Both the position numbers and the translations under genes were made by a program. DNA of 64,000 nucleotides from Phoronis australis. Lineage: Eukaryota > Animalia > Phoronida. The stretch spans positions 249,218-313,217 of the forward strand of contig NMRA01000397.1 in assembly GCA_002633005.1 (NCBI GenBank), read 5' to 3'. Under the pieces are notes generated by a model. It saw nothing but the letters and a program-made list of their open reading frames with translations, was not told the DNA's origin and searched no databases. Positions 25,129 through 40,100 of this stretch are shown piece by piece. The stretch's first letter is position 1; every line of letters begins with the position of its first letter.

Positions 25129-28100
25129 CTGAAGCAGACAGAATTTCGTAATTAAAGTGGTACTTGCAAACTATTCATTGTTTGTGGGCCCAGTGGATAT
25201 TATCTAGTAAAACCTGACAACTTTCTGTCCAAAATTTTCTTGGTTTAGACTACTTGACATTATAAAATTGGTCTTGTTTTATTCTTTACTCAGTTTAAAA
25301 GTGAACTCTGAGCAATAAAAGAACTGACAATTTGCTATTGCATTAGATCAGTTAATGTAAGGTCACAGCAAGACCTGACATTCTGTGAGCTTGGTCTAAA
25401 GAAACAAATTGTCCATTCTTTCCAAACTCAAAAATCACAACTGCTTTGTCTAAGGAGCAATTTGAGATCAATTACTAACGTAACAGTAAGACGCCTAAAT
25501 CAAAGCTATGACAGAAAGCAACAGGTTTAATGATGATTTAAGTAAGACAATGTTAATAAGTGAGCCTAGATCATAAATAACTCAAATATTTTAATGTTGC
25601 TTAGATTTCTAAAGCCATTTTATTTGTGCGGCAGACACAAACACTGATAAATCAGAAAGAGTGAGAGAGGAGATAATTTGGATGAGTATATAAGATATGC
25701 AGATGAAACAACTCCATCACTGGAAATGAAAGTGAAGGACACAGAACCTGTTAACAGCATTTAGTTGAATGCATTTCCAGTGAAACACAGACAAACAATA
25801 AGTCATCAGTCAACTTCACTGTTGTCTTCTTGTGATGTAACAGAAGACCATGTCACAAATTTCAATTTGTATTTTCGAACTTGATGAATAAACCCTAATT
25901 GCAGTCTGTGCATTTTCCCATATCTTAGTTACAGCAAACTTTAACTCAGTAAACGTATAGTTGAAAGCGAGTAGAAATTTAACTATTGAAAAGATCACGT
26001 AATCAACACCATTTGGAATGCTGTCTCAGTCATCTACAGTATTTTCTTGCTTTCATTTTATAAAACTCGTGAGAGCTATAAAATGTCATTCAAATGTTGA
26101 TTTTCCAAAGTACATTATACAACAAACTGGTACATTACAGAATTTTGAAGAACAAGGCATAAAACTAGTCATTCGATCATCAATTTCTAGAAGAGACAGG
26201 GAGCTAGGATAAAATCTTGGCTAACACTAGCAGACAATCGAGCATTGCACATAGGTGTCTCTTGCTCGTCTAGGTTTGGTCTCATTAGTGCATTTAAGTA
26301 TGCAAGGAAGTGAATGAGAACCCGAATAAAATGCAAAAGTGATTTCCGAGGGTCTGCTAATTTAGCCATTTCTAAAATATGTGAGCCAAACTTTGTAACT
26401 TAAGTTATATTTTCCTGATCTGCTTTATACCCAGAATTTAAAAATTCATCAAATGAGAACAAATAACATAATACGCAAATAGTAGGAACAGGAAAGCAAC
26501 TTCCAATAGCTGAGGTTAGTATTAGTCAGTTTTTGTGCAACATTTCCAAAAGACTAGTACACAACACAAACACCTTACTTCTTCAGACACCCTTCCCCTT
26601 GTAAGTGACTAATAATACAAATACTTAACAAAAACACCAACAATACTTATTTCAGCCAATCAATTTTAGACTGAAAAAACTTAATGTCGCTACTGAAGTT
26701 GGCTTGATAGAAACATTCCCTTATAAGTGCAATCACACCTATCTGATGATAATCTGATTTAGTCACGTCTCAACAGCTTATTTCAGTATCACACAGATTA
26801 CAGTATATCAAAGACAGAAATGACTAGGGACTTGTATTCAACAATACATAAAGATACTGGACATGAAATGAATGTGGAAAGGCAGCAACTAGCAGTACTT
26901 ACATCCCAGAGGGACTATTCATGCTACAGAAAATTAACCAATTTATTACACCTTAGCTTCATGCGAAAACATCGATTTCCCAGTTGACTCTGATAGAACA
27001 GTTTAATGGATACGAATATAACAAATTGCTTAACATAGAGTTGGCAAAGCACAGCAGATGTACATTCAATAATGCCTTACAGGGTTTTTTTAGCTAAACT
27101 CCTATTCATCAAACTGGAATAAATAAATTGAATGTGGCTACAAGAACTTACATCTCTGTTGGTGACGAACTCCATTATAGTGCCAAAAGCAGGGATTGTT
27201 GACGTTCGCACAGATCTGAAACACAGTGTTTTTTACCTAACTAAATTCAAACAGAGCCACAAAAAGGATTTGTTAATAGTGAAATTCAAAAACCTAATTT
27301 GGGACCTCAGTCAATGCCTTTTACTTTGTTCGACAAGAAACAAAATAGCACATAGGAACAAAACTTTATCCGTACAGCTTTGTCTAGCCATGGAAAAACC
27401 TTGAATGCAAAAGCCAGACAAAAAGTAATACGTTGTACCGCCCTTTTCTAATAAAATAAATGATCTCCTGGAAAAGGACACATCAGGATAGAAAAGAAAT
27501 AATTCTATTTTTTTAATTTTCAACAAAGGTAAGCATTCCGAAAGTGTAATTTTGTTGTAAATATGAATTATGTCTAGTGGGAAACAACGAATACTCACAT
27601 TTCTGGATCACTGGCCAATGTAACTAGGGCAGGCACAATTCTGGTCGAGACAAGACTGTCAGAGACTCCTTTGACAAGAAGCTGGAAATACCCATTACAT
27701 CTCAATCAGATTGTATCCACGTGGGAAGTATTACCCCTGTCACCTTTCAATCAAGAAGTATCTTATTATCAGTGAAGAAGCCCACCTGCCAAATCCATCT
27801 AGAAATCAATGCCATCCGTCTTCTCTTTATGATAAATCATGGAATTTGGTAGGTATTGCGGAAGGAATAAAAAACTGCCACTATGGGGTGCCACAGCTGT
27901 GGGAACAGTTCGAAAATCAACTGTAGACATGCTCTCCTCTATCACCTATACCCAATTTCATAAAGATCTATCAAACAACTGGACACATAGTGAGGCAAAT
28001 GCAAAGAAAACTAAAATTGCCATGCCAAGGGCACGATGCAGTAGATCTGCCCAAGAAATTAATATTGCCCAATATGAACATGTGTGACGACTTTCATGAT

Positions 28101-31100
28101 GTTTCTTTAACCGGTTTGCAAATAGGGCGAGGCAGATGCCAAAAAAGACAAGTGGCCATTAGGGGACACAGAACAAGTCAAATTCATCTAAAACATCAAC
28201 TCATACATAGGAAGTTATTTGCCCAACTTCGCGAAGACCTAAATGGTACCAAGTATCTTCATTGGTAGATATTGAGGCATATGCTAATTGTTGCCACAAG
28301 ATGTCACAGTAGTCAGACAAGTTCCGAAATCAATACCAGCCTCAACAGGAACAGATAACCTGAAAATGGGAAGACCTTGTCACCTCCCTTGTAGAAAACT
28401 TTTCAAATTTCACGAAAATCCAACCAGGATCTCTAAAATAACAGAGTCAATTTTAAACAAATTGAACTGCCACTATGAAGCACAACAGTAGTTGGATCCA
28501 TCCAAAAGAGGTCACCTGTTGTCATGTTCATATATTGTACTGGTCATATTTCACAAAGATCCAGTTAAGGGTTTAGGAGACGCAGCAGTGGATATAAAAA
28601 ATGCCTCAGAGCACGCCATAGTAGTTGGACCTGTTTGAAAATCAAGTTGTGCGACTGTCAGTAGGAAAACATCTGCCAATTTTCTTAAGGATCGTTTGAG
28701 CAGTTTGGCAGATAAAGAGGCTGACACTAAAATAATAGAAATGGCGCAGAATATGTCTCATCCATCTGATAAAAGAAAGTTACTAATTGTCTCCGTAACA
28801 GAAACCTATTCGTTAAATTTCATGAAAAGCTAAAAATATAAAATTGCCACTAATGAGCAAAGCCATAGTTGGGTCGGTCTGAAACTCATAGTCATCTGTC
28901 ATCAGCTTCATCAGAACACATCTGTTGAATCTGATTAAGATGCTGTAAGTTATTCAGCAGATGCAGAGGATGCCGGAATGCCTACACACAGAAATCTGTT
29001 TCTTTTTGCTGTAGAACCGATATTGTCCCGAGCGCTAAATCCATAATTTCCATGTTCAGACTGCAAAATGGGAAGAAACACCCTGGCTGTCTGTTTAAGT
29101 CATGTAGTTGTCGTTAATAATTATCGGTGCAGAGACGAAAACAGAGTTTAATATCTTTTAAAGGTAACATTTTCTTGATATAATAATAGCAACATACCTC
29201 GAACATGATGGCTGCTGATGATCGAACCTCAGCAGACTTGTGGACAACACCATCCCATAACACTGCTAGTAGAAGTTCATCATTGTTTTGATCTGAGCTG
29301 CAACAGGCATTAAAAGATTAAAGAGATGCAAAACAAAGTCAAGTAGTACAAAAAGGCATTCTTCATGTCCAACAGTAGAGAGTAAAGCTTGGAATATAAA
29401 TTTGCTATTTATGTATGATTACCATGGCTAATGTGTGGTTGATTTACTACTTAAACATGAAATCAAGAAATAAGCAACAAGAGCAAAGAGAAGCGTTGAT
29501 ATTCGCCACCGTGTGCATCGCATATAGAGCAGATACAAGGGATAATTACTATTTTAAACATTCTCACCAAATGGAGCAATGCTATTATGGTTAAAATAGC
29601 CTCTAGGGGGCACAGAGCAAGTCAGCAATGCTCTCCTCAATAGGAACACACTTACCAAACTCATAAAAAGAATCAAAACTGGTACTGGGGGCACCATGGC
29701 AGTCAGATTTGTCCAAACGTAGTCAACTGTTGACACCTTCATAGAAACACACTTGCCAAATTTCACAAAGATCCAGCATGGAGAAACAGCCGTGGATGTG
29801 AAATTGCCACTAGGGGAAACCCCAGTAGTCTAACTGTCCAAAAAATCACCAACAATTCTGTTCTCAGAAGAAACACACTTATCAATTTTCATAGCCATCC
29901 TTTGAGTGCTTTGACAAATAGAGATGGATGCCAAAAATGGCCACTAGAAGGTGTACACTATCCCCTTATTAATAAAACTCTATTTCCCAAATTTCATAAA
30001 AATCCAACAGGAACTCCAAAGATACAGAGGAAAACAGAGAAAAATATAATTGCCACAAGGAGGCACAGCAGGAGTTGGATCCGTTGGAACGTTGTTGCCA
30101 TCTGTTGTCACCTTCATACAAAATACACTCGCTATATTTAATGATCCTGTAGAGGGGTGGGGAGATGCAGCTACAGATGCGACAAAAACAAAAGTGCCAC
30201 TAGGAGGCACCACAGTAGTCGGTGCCATCCAAAAATCATTGTCACATGCCAGCTTCCCAGTAAGATATATGTCAATTTTCATAATCATCGTAGGAGAGGT
30301 TTGGGCGACAAAGACAATAAAAATGGCCACCAGGTAGCATGCACTACATCAAACCCATCTGAAAATGAAAAGATGCCAGTGCCTCAATAATAGAACTCTA
30401 ACAAATTTCATAAAAATTCATCAAGGAAATCCATACTTTAATAGGGCTACCGTAAAAGCACACATTTGTCGAATAAGTCCTACATAATCTTAAACCAAGT
30501 CAGCAGGACATAAAATTGTCCACGCCTGGATTGAATTTGATTTCAGCAAGCTCTGGGAATTGAGATACTTTTATATTTTGTAAGTGTTGGGAAGCCGTCA
30601 ATATTTCACGAAGCGTTTTATAAATTGCATATGGTGTGGGTGTTCTTCACGGCAATGAGAATAAAGATTTCAAGGTAAGCAACATTTCACGATCAATAAT
30701 GTAAGGGTAAACAAAATGGTTTACATTTTTTGAGACCTTAAGAGGAAGGAAGCACTGTTTAAAGGGATATAATTAGAACTCTTCATTACAGTGAGATTCA
30801 CAAACTCATTAGTCACAAGGTTGTCAGTGCCCAATCGAGTCTGAAGCCCACGTAGTGTGGCAAGGCATTCTTAAAACTTACCACAGCTCTGTAAAGGTTA
30901 ACTGCAAGCTATTCAGAGGGACATGGCTCAAAGATAATGTACATAAATGGTGACTTAAAAACGTAGACAAGAGCTTCCTATCGTCTTCCTGAAATGAATG
31001 GTGTTGAACAATAACAATAATTCACTTTAATTCCAATCGGCTGCCTCAAAGTTGAGGTCCAGTTTACATTTTGCAGTACATTACAGTGAATACAAACAAC

Positions 31101-34100
31101 TTGGATCAAAGCCTTGAGTTAAAAGCACACTAAGCAACTCCCAGCCACAAGATCGTGAAACAATTGCTAACTTTAAAACAGAATAAACCCAGCTTGTGAT
31201 AGTCAAACTTGCAGTTGAATAAATAAGAGACAACCAACCAGTCAGCAATAGTAACTAATTTTTGTATACAAATCTCTTTCTCCTTGTACTAAAGAAATGT
31301 AGCATTTTATCATCAGCTGAGAAGATGAGTATCCACTCACAAACCATAGGATCATACCTCACTAAAAGCAGCGAGTATCCCAGACGTGTAGACTGGCAGA
31401 AGGCAAGACGCTACCACAGGGTGGGATGGTAGGTCGGTGGAGTTCAAGTCCGTCTCGAGCAACTCAACAGCGGTTTCAAATTTGCACCGAACCTGGAAAA
31501 AGACAAAAGAAATGAAAAGTAATAAGACACTGTCCATTTCAATTTAAACTAATCTTGTCATACTTGTTGGCACATAGACTGGCGCTCAGTCCCATCACAG
31601 CAATGCAATACGCTTTTTGGCTTCAACTAAACTATAAAAATAAAAAAGAGAAAATGAGCTCCAAAATGCATCAAATCAATACTAACAGAGATTAGCAAAT
31701 CCTTTGCATGAAACATCTCAAGGCATTTGCCATCATTACACTGACTTTAAAACTCATCACTTAGTGCAAACTGTGAAGTTAATGAGGTTCCACACCACCA
31801 ACCTGTAGGTGGCACCACTAGATGTTTACAAGCTGACAACTGTCACAAATGCACCTAAAAATGGTAGCAGCACTGCCAATAGATCAGTTTGATGAAATCC
31901 CCAGAAATGAAACCTCCAAAAGTTTGATAGGAGACAACCCAGTTGCCAAACAATCAACTGTTTGATAGGAAATGCTCTAAGTCACTGCTTGACAATGCCA
32001 TTTATATTTGCCTGCAGAAAATGTCCAGAACATCGTTGATTAGAAACTGTTGCCTGGATTCATACGAAACTTTCAGATACTATACTTTATGCGCTGTTCT
32101 CCAAAATAGTTTTAGGAATTGTTTTTAAAATGGTTCACCTTTGTATGAGAGGCTATCAAAAAAAAAAACAAAAAAAAACCTTTACAAAGCATAAAACAAA
32201 TATGAAATGATATTTTAGAAAACTGTAACAGCATTTTTTAGATCTTGCCTTGAACACTTACATAAAAAAATTGATCATGTTACTGACACCTTTGTCTTGC
32301 TGAATGTCCATTTGTTTTTTTGCTAAATTTTACTAAAAAGACAAGGTCATGTGACCTGCTTAGTAACAGATTGGCAAACAGTTAAAAACCAAATTCTGCA
32401 CATTATCTACTTTCAGACAATATATAGTGAAACCTGGAAGAATTTGTCTTTACCAACAGCATGGTATTCAGTGCTCATTTGGGATTTCATCAACGGCACT
32501 GCTGTTGTTTTCCAAATGCATTATGGGATGGTTGTTGGCTTGACATCACAAATAACTTGGTAAACAAAATTACGAACAACAAGATTTTTCACTTGAGCAC
32601 ACCAGAATTGAATGCATGACACTGCAACATATTTGGTGCAAGTATGACTAAGTAACCATAACACAAAAAAATGATCGAAAGTCAGCTTCAAAATGCATCA
32701 AATTATCACATAGATTAGCAACTCTTTTGCGCAAAACATTATCGAGGCATGCATAAATATCCAATCATGCTAAAGTTGAATCTTACAATCTAAAATATAA
32801 ATTAATATCAGGTTACACACCCCCAAGATATCTATGATGTCACTGCATGTTTACGAGCCAAAACCCTCTCGCAATGCATCTGAAAAATGACACCTGCAGC
32901 AAATGAAATCCCTTGAATTTTGAATACTGTTATACGCATAAGTGAAAAGTGATTAAAACCAGTAGCTATTCATCTAAGGGTGTTCAAGTTTACTTTGTGG
33001 CACTACAGCAATCACTACAGCAATCACTTATCCAAACCTTTATTTGTTGTACTCAGGTCCGTAGTGCTGACAATTTAATGATGAAAGTTAAAAATATCCG
33101 TTTCTTGTTTTTGTGTTTAGTTGGCTTGCTATGAAGTACTGTTCATGTTTTTTTTGACATAAACGAACATTTAGCAACGCCTCACCTCAAGTGACAACCA
33201 CTAGGTTTGACAACCACCAAGTACTGCCCACAGCCGGCCACATGACACAAAAAAACCAACAGTACCCTGACACAGGGTTCAGGACGGGGCCGAAAGCTAG
33301 GTCCTCAAATACAAGCAAGCTAGGTCCTCAAATACAAACAAGCTGTCGATAGGTAAAACTTTATTCAATACTTACTTTGTTCATGATAAATGGACGACCA
33401 AAATGCTGTGAAAAGCAAGATAGAACGCGAACCATCTCTGGCACTAGTTTGAACATTTGGACACTCAGATCACAGCAGATGTTGATAAGAGATGAAACAC
33501 TGAAAACAACAGTGGTGTCTCAATAGCTTGTCAGTGTTGCAGGACCTGCACATTCATGATACAAAACCTAAGTTCAGGTGAAAAAATGAGTAGAAAATCA
33601 AAAACGTTCAAACGCAAAGAAGTTTTCAGGTGCTTAAAAAAGAAAAATTCAAATTGAAATTGCTATTCCAATGCAATAGCAAGTTATCTTACAGGATCAC
33701 CAGTGCAAGTAGAGCATTAAAGCTAAATTAACTTTTGTGCATATGATGTCACCGGGAATCAGGTTCTTCATCTTTGTAACAAGCTCTAGTGGCCACTGTG
33801 ACATCTGTCCATTTGAGGTGAAACTGGTAATATGTAAAGACAGATACAACTGGTGAAAGCAAACATTAAACCATGTCATTTTCCTTGTATAGGCTCAGTA
33901 CTTACAACTGATTGACAATAAAGCTAAGCCCCTCCCAGCTGTCCATCACAGGGATGTCTTCCTCCATGTAGCTGTCAAACTCACGAACAAGACAGCTCAG
34001 CTTGTTCCTGTCACCAATGATGACCTCGACACTTGTGAGAGAGGACATGGGTACAGGCAACCTGCTGCCTAGTGAAAACAAGAAAAATAACAGTGCAACC

Positions 34101-37100
34101 AACCAATCTCATCAATTTCAGACTACCGCAATCACCATTACAGCCATTTTTCAGTTTTCAGGGTCTCAAGTTTTTGTGAATGTCCGCAGTCCGCACTTTT
34201 TTATCACCTGGTGGTAGCTATTATGGTACAAATCTTGTTGAACATGTAAAAGCATTACTTACTACATGTCTTTCATGGGAAAAATTAAAAAATAAAATTT
34301 CAAATGTGTGTTACATTAGTTCTCACAGACCATTATCAGTTAGAAAAGGTCTATCGCCTTGGTAACAGCAGCAGTAACTCTTGTCTCCCGATATGTTCAA
34401 ATTGAATACAATTTATCACATTTAAGACAAGTCGTCAGTTGAAATTATAAAGGAGCAATTCATTCACTTCCACCCATCAAGTAGAGAACGTAACCAGAAG
34501 AACAAGAGCAACATGGAGCATTGACTTGTGCCTATGAATCAATGTACTGCAAATGATGTGCTTCTAGGGGTGTTGATTTGTATCATAAAATGGCCACTAC
34601 ATGGTGCAAAATATGTCGAATCCACCCTAAAACTGATATATGTCATAAAAGCTATTCACCAAATTTCATAAAAATCCAAGGAAGAGAAAGAAATGAAATT
34701 GCTACTAGGAGGCTACAGACGCATAAAACACAACTGCCAATAAGGGGGCCAAAGTAGATGAAGTCTTTGGAAAATCGCCGTCAATCGTCCCATTCACGCC
34801 AATTTTCACCTTATTGTGATTTGGATTATAGATGGGCGGATGCCCAAAACAGACTAGATAACTTTAAAAATGGCCACTAGATAGCACAAAATATGTCGAA
34901 TCCATCCAAAAACACGAACATATCATTTCAATAGAAAGCTATTTACCAAATTTTATAAAAATCCGTCAAGTAGCTTCAGAGAAACAGAGGAAATTGTAAA
35001 ATAATGAAATTGCCACCAGGGGACACAGTTTTTGGCGGATCTGTATGAAAATCATCATTATTCATTGTCAACTAAAAGATCTTACACAGGCATAAAAAAC
35101 AAAGCTGTCACTAGGCGGCGAAACAGTAGTCGAGGTCGTCCGAAAATGATCGTCAGCCATCCTCTTTTATTAGGAACATGCATGCCAATTTCTACAACCA
35201 TCCTTAGCGTGGTTTGGTTAAGGCAGACACCAAAAAGCAGACCCGAAAACAGTTAAAATAGCAACTATGTGGTGCAAAAAAACCTCAAATCAATCCAAAA
35301 ACTGGAGGATAACGTCACCTCACTAATGCCAAATTTTATAAAAATCTGTAGAGGACCTTTGAAGATACAGATTTTGGCACACCGGAAGTCCGATCTGTAT
35401 GAAAGTTGTAGTCTGTTGTCAACTTCAAATAAATAGACTTGCAAAATTTAATAAAGATCCCGTAGAGCATTTAGGAGATATAGCCATGGGCACAAAAACA
35501 AACAAAACTACCACTAAGAGGCGCCACAATAGTCAAAGTCATTGGAATATCCTTGTCACCTGCCCTCTTCACAGTAAGAAAATATATGCCAATTTTCACA
35601 ATCATCCCTAGAATGGTTTGGTTGATACAGAAGCGGGCTTTCATGTCTATTATCATGGTAAAGAAAATGAAATTTCTATGAAATCATGAATTCAACAATG
35701 GCCTCAACATAGTCAGTAGAGATTTGGACCAAATTACCCTTATCATAGGGTAAGAACTTGATCTTTCAGAGCAAGAAACTCCACCCACACAATAGCGGCC
35801 AATGTTCATAGTGTGCTGAGTGCCTAGCAATACACAGAGGTTGCTCGTGTGCCATGTGTCACCCAGTGGCTAATGTTTATGGATCTTAAACATGATGAGT
35901 TAACTTTTCCTGCCAAAGTATGGCTACTGAAAGTAAATGAAATCACATTCAAACTCCCCACCCCTTTAACAACGCCTGGCACTTACTTAGCCAGTCACAG
36001 TTCGAGTCCACCAGCTCCAGCTTGTCACCATAGGGACTGGTTTCCAAAGATGACAGGAACAGAAGAGGCACAACTCGCTTCAAAACACCCGTCCACAGAC
36101 AAAATGACTGTTCGTCTGTTGTATTAACATTGCTCACGTTGACAGAAAGGTCGAAATTCTAAAAAAGATCGGCAAACATCAAACATCTGTAATGGATAAA
36201 AGTAAATTCCGCTACCATAGTCATATCATGGCATTTCACAAAGTAACAAAACCGTTACAAAACAGCTTGCAGAAACTAACCCATCTCCAATTATTTCTAA
36301 ACTGGCAGCTGCATGAGATAATAATATTTCATGTAATTTTATTGATAAATGCACACCAATAAAGGTGCCAAAACTCTGTACTTAACCCACTAGGTATGAA
36401 AGCATGGAAGTAAACAACAATGCATCTTTAATGCTAGTGCCAGTTTAAGAAAACCTAGGGACAAAAATCTTGAAGCTGCATTTTGGCTAGTTTAGCTGGC
36501 TATGAAACGAAAATCAAATTAGACTTTTTGGTCTCGTAATATTCCTGATCATGACAGAATTCCATTTCCGTTACCACAGCCAAAGGGCACACAGTACATT
36601 TCTAAATTTGCCATTTTAGGGTTGGTGAACCACAATGCGTAGACACATCAGTTTTGATTTTGCAATTATATGGTTGGCCAACCACTTCTAAAACATTTTC
36701 CTAAGCTGCTGATGGTATCATTGCTCTTATTACCAATGGAAATCAAATCATGGTAAGGAACATCAGGAGAAGGATTACGTTTTTAGCTTGCTAAATAAGG
36801 TGAAATGCAGCTTTAAATATCGCAGAATATTTTCAAAGTCAAACCTGTAAGCAAATCCTGAGTTTGTCTAGCACCAATTGAATGAGATCAGTTTCAAGCC
36901 TGCCTAGCTCCTTGGACCACAGAGAAAAAGATGGCAGTAAGACGTCTGTAGCAGCACTTGTCACCTGACTTGAACTGTCACCAAGGCAGGAGACAAGGAG
37001 ATCCCGAATCTATAAGGCATAGGTTTACTGTCAGAGCTATCACATGTATGTAGTCACTGACACACATCCCAAACGAATGCAGAATGAATCTCTTTACACT

Positions 37101-40100
37101 ATTGACAAACCGCTGAACTGTTCTCTCCCTGCTAGAGGATTCCAGCACCAATATTCACATAGGGTTGTACTGTTCAGAACTCTCCGTCTTGAAGATAAGA
37201 AAGCGCCACGTTTTCATTGTCCTCGTATTGGAATGTTAGGCGCGTGTTCACAAGTCATGTTGGAAATCGTTGAGTTGCGGGGGCCGTAGTTAGCAAAGTC
37301 ATGTTGGAAATTGTGGAGGTGTATGGCCGAAGAAATATTCCAGATTTCAAAAAGTAATGGAATTAGGTGTTTTGAAAAAAGGTGATTGTCTTCGGTTCAA
37401 AGTTAACCTAACAAATTTGGTTTATCCACTCACTTTAACATTTTCGTATATTTGATTGATGTTGGGAAGGCGAAGAACTACACATAGCACAAAAATTTAA
37501 TTTAGATCATGCCATACTGACATCACATAACTCTGAGTCAAGTTTCATGAAAATCCTACTTCCAGTTCAAAAGATATCATCTGAAAATGTCTTCCCCAAA
37601 ATAGCCACTAGGATGTGATGCAGTGGTCAACTAGAATTATTTCATTTGCAATGTTCAATCGTGAAATGAAATATTTTCGGAACAGAAATTAGCATGCCTA
37701 ACAGGAACAAGTGGATACAGGGATAGATTTTAATAATATCAAAGATGAAAATTAAAAATCATTTATCTTCCTTTTGATTACTCATACAACCATATCATGC
37801 ATCACATAAAATAAAATAAAATAACTTTTTTACCAAGTGACTGTCTGGCTTGATGGGAAACAATAATCATCTAGGGACAGTCTTGTCACATTGACCTAAG
37901 TTTTGTGGCAACAACAAATTGCATGCCTGGTGTCTGCTCACCTGACCAAACTTATTCTCGTCGTCGATGAATCCAACGAGGAGTCCTAAACTTTTAACGA
38001 CGGCTGCTCGCACATCTTCTGACTTATCATCTAGCATTTGCTGGAGCATGGAGAGAACCAACGAGCTGCGCATCTCACTCTGCATGTATGGTGCCAGGGC
38101 CCCACATGCTTCAGCTACGAGCTGGCGACGTTCTGGGAATTTGTGTGCTAGCTGCTCCCAGCACTGAGGAAGAAGCTCGGATTCGACCCGCGTCGGACCC
38201 ACACACTGTGCGAAGACAACACAGCCAGTCAGGATCATTTGCCTGGAAAATGCATTTTCACCACGATGACTGCACCTTCAAATATCACAATAAATTGGAA
38301 TGTATGAAATGATCACACCCCATGATAGGGCACTGCTACCAACAACACTTCACAAAATGGGAATTTCCCCACAAAAATGTGAATGATAAAATAGAAACAG
38401 AACACCAGCTAGTTCTCACAAATTTTAACTAAACCAAAAACACAAATGATTCTCATCGCAATCAGGCAGAATTTTTAAATATTTAGTCCTGATTCATAAA
38501 ATTAACTTTCTTATAAATAACTAGAGAAAATAACTTTATACAGTAAATGAGTTAAGCAATAAAGCACAAAAATTATTGAACATGACAGAGTTTTCCCGTT
38601 CAGTAACTTTACCAGACGTACTGGGTTCTGAACGCGTGATAAACATCTAGCTTCTTTGTTAACTGCAAAGCACACTCTTTTTGTCTATTATGACAACAAG
38701 CTGGCCACTTATCTACCAGGTTTATTACAGACAACGTGTGAACACAGTCAAACTCAAGGGTGAATTCGTGTATTCAGAAATAATAAATTGTCGTAACTTC
38801 GGTTGCAGTTGGGCGATTCAAAAACTAAACATAATTACCATTTGACGAAGATTTCAGAAATGCTATTGGTTTATGTTCAGATATGTTATAACTTAACTTT
38901 TATTTTTAACAGCACAGCCCAGTCAGGGTAGATAGGATCTTATTGAAGATTAGAGCAATTATCGAACAAGAGAGGTGGCCTTCCAACCATAAATGCCAGA
39001 TTGGAGTTAATTAGTCGTGTAAGATATTGGCTACAGGGTAAACTTCCCAACTTATTGTTGGGCTATAGAATCGAACAAGTTGGGAGCAACAGGAAACGCC
39101 GTAATGTCTATGAAGTGTGAATTCTGATGAAACAGTTTCAGTGAGTGAATAATTTATATTCATTACTTTTAGACCAACGGTACCTCTGTTCATGGTCTGG
39201 TCGCTTTATTAAGTTAAACAGTATGTTAAGAAGGTTATCACGTTCCTTCAGGTCTGGATGGAGACTAGCAGCACACAGGATTAATGGAATAAGTTCCTGA
39301 AGAAAACAAACAACATGTGAATGATCCAACCTATTGTCTATGTCCATGTAACAAGCATATAATAACATCCAACCAATTCAAAACTGCACTGATACTGAGA
39401 GTAAATTGGCAGTAGACCCTCTTGTACACAAAACTTGTTGCACTGATATTGAGTGTAAATTGGCAGTAACCCCTCTTATACACAAAACTTGTTGCACTGA
39501 TACTGAGAGTAAATTGGCAGTAGCCCTTCTTGTACACAAAACTTGTTGCACAGATACTGAGAGTACATTGGCAGTAACCCCTCTTATACACAAAACTTGC
39601 TGCACTGATACTGAGAGTAAATTGGCAGTAGACCCTCTTGCACACAAAACTTGTTGCACTGATATTGAGTGTAAATTGGCAGTAACCCCTCTTATACACA
39701 AAACTTGTTGCACTGATACTGAGAGTAAATTGGCAGTAGCCCTTCTTGTACACAAAACTTGTTGCACAGATACTGAGAGTACATTGGCAGTAACCCCTCT
39801 TATACACAAAACTTGCTGCACTGATACTGAGAGTAAATTGGCAGTAGACCCTCTTGCACACAAAACTTGTTGCACTGATATTGAGTGTAAATTGGCAGTA
39901 ACCCCTCTTATACACAAAACTTGTTGCACTGATACTGAGAGTAAATTGGCAGTAGCCCTTCTTGTACACAAAACTTGTTGCACAGATACTGAGAGTACAT
40001 TGGCAGTAACCCCTCTTATACACAAAACTTGCTGCACTGATACTGAGAGTAAATTGGCAGTAGACCCTCTTGCACACAAAACTTGTTGCACTGATATTGA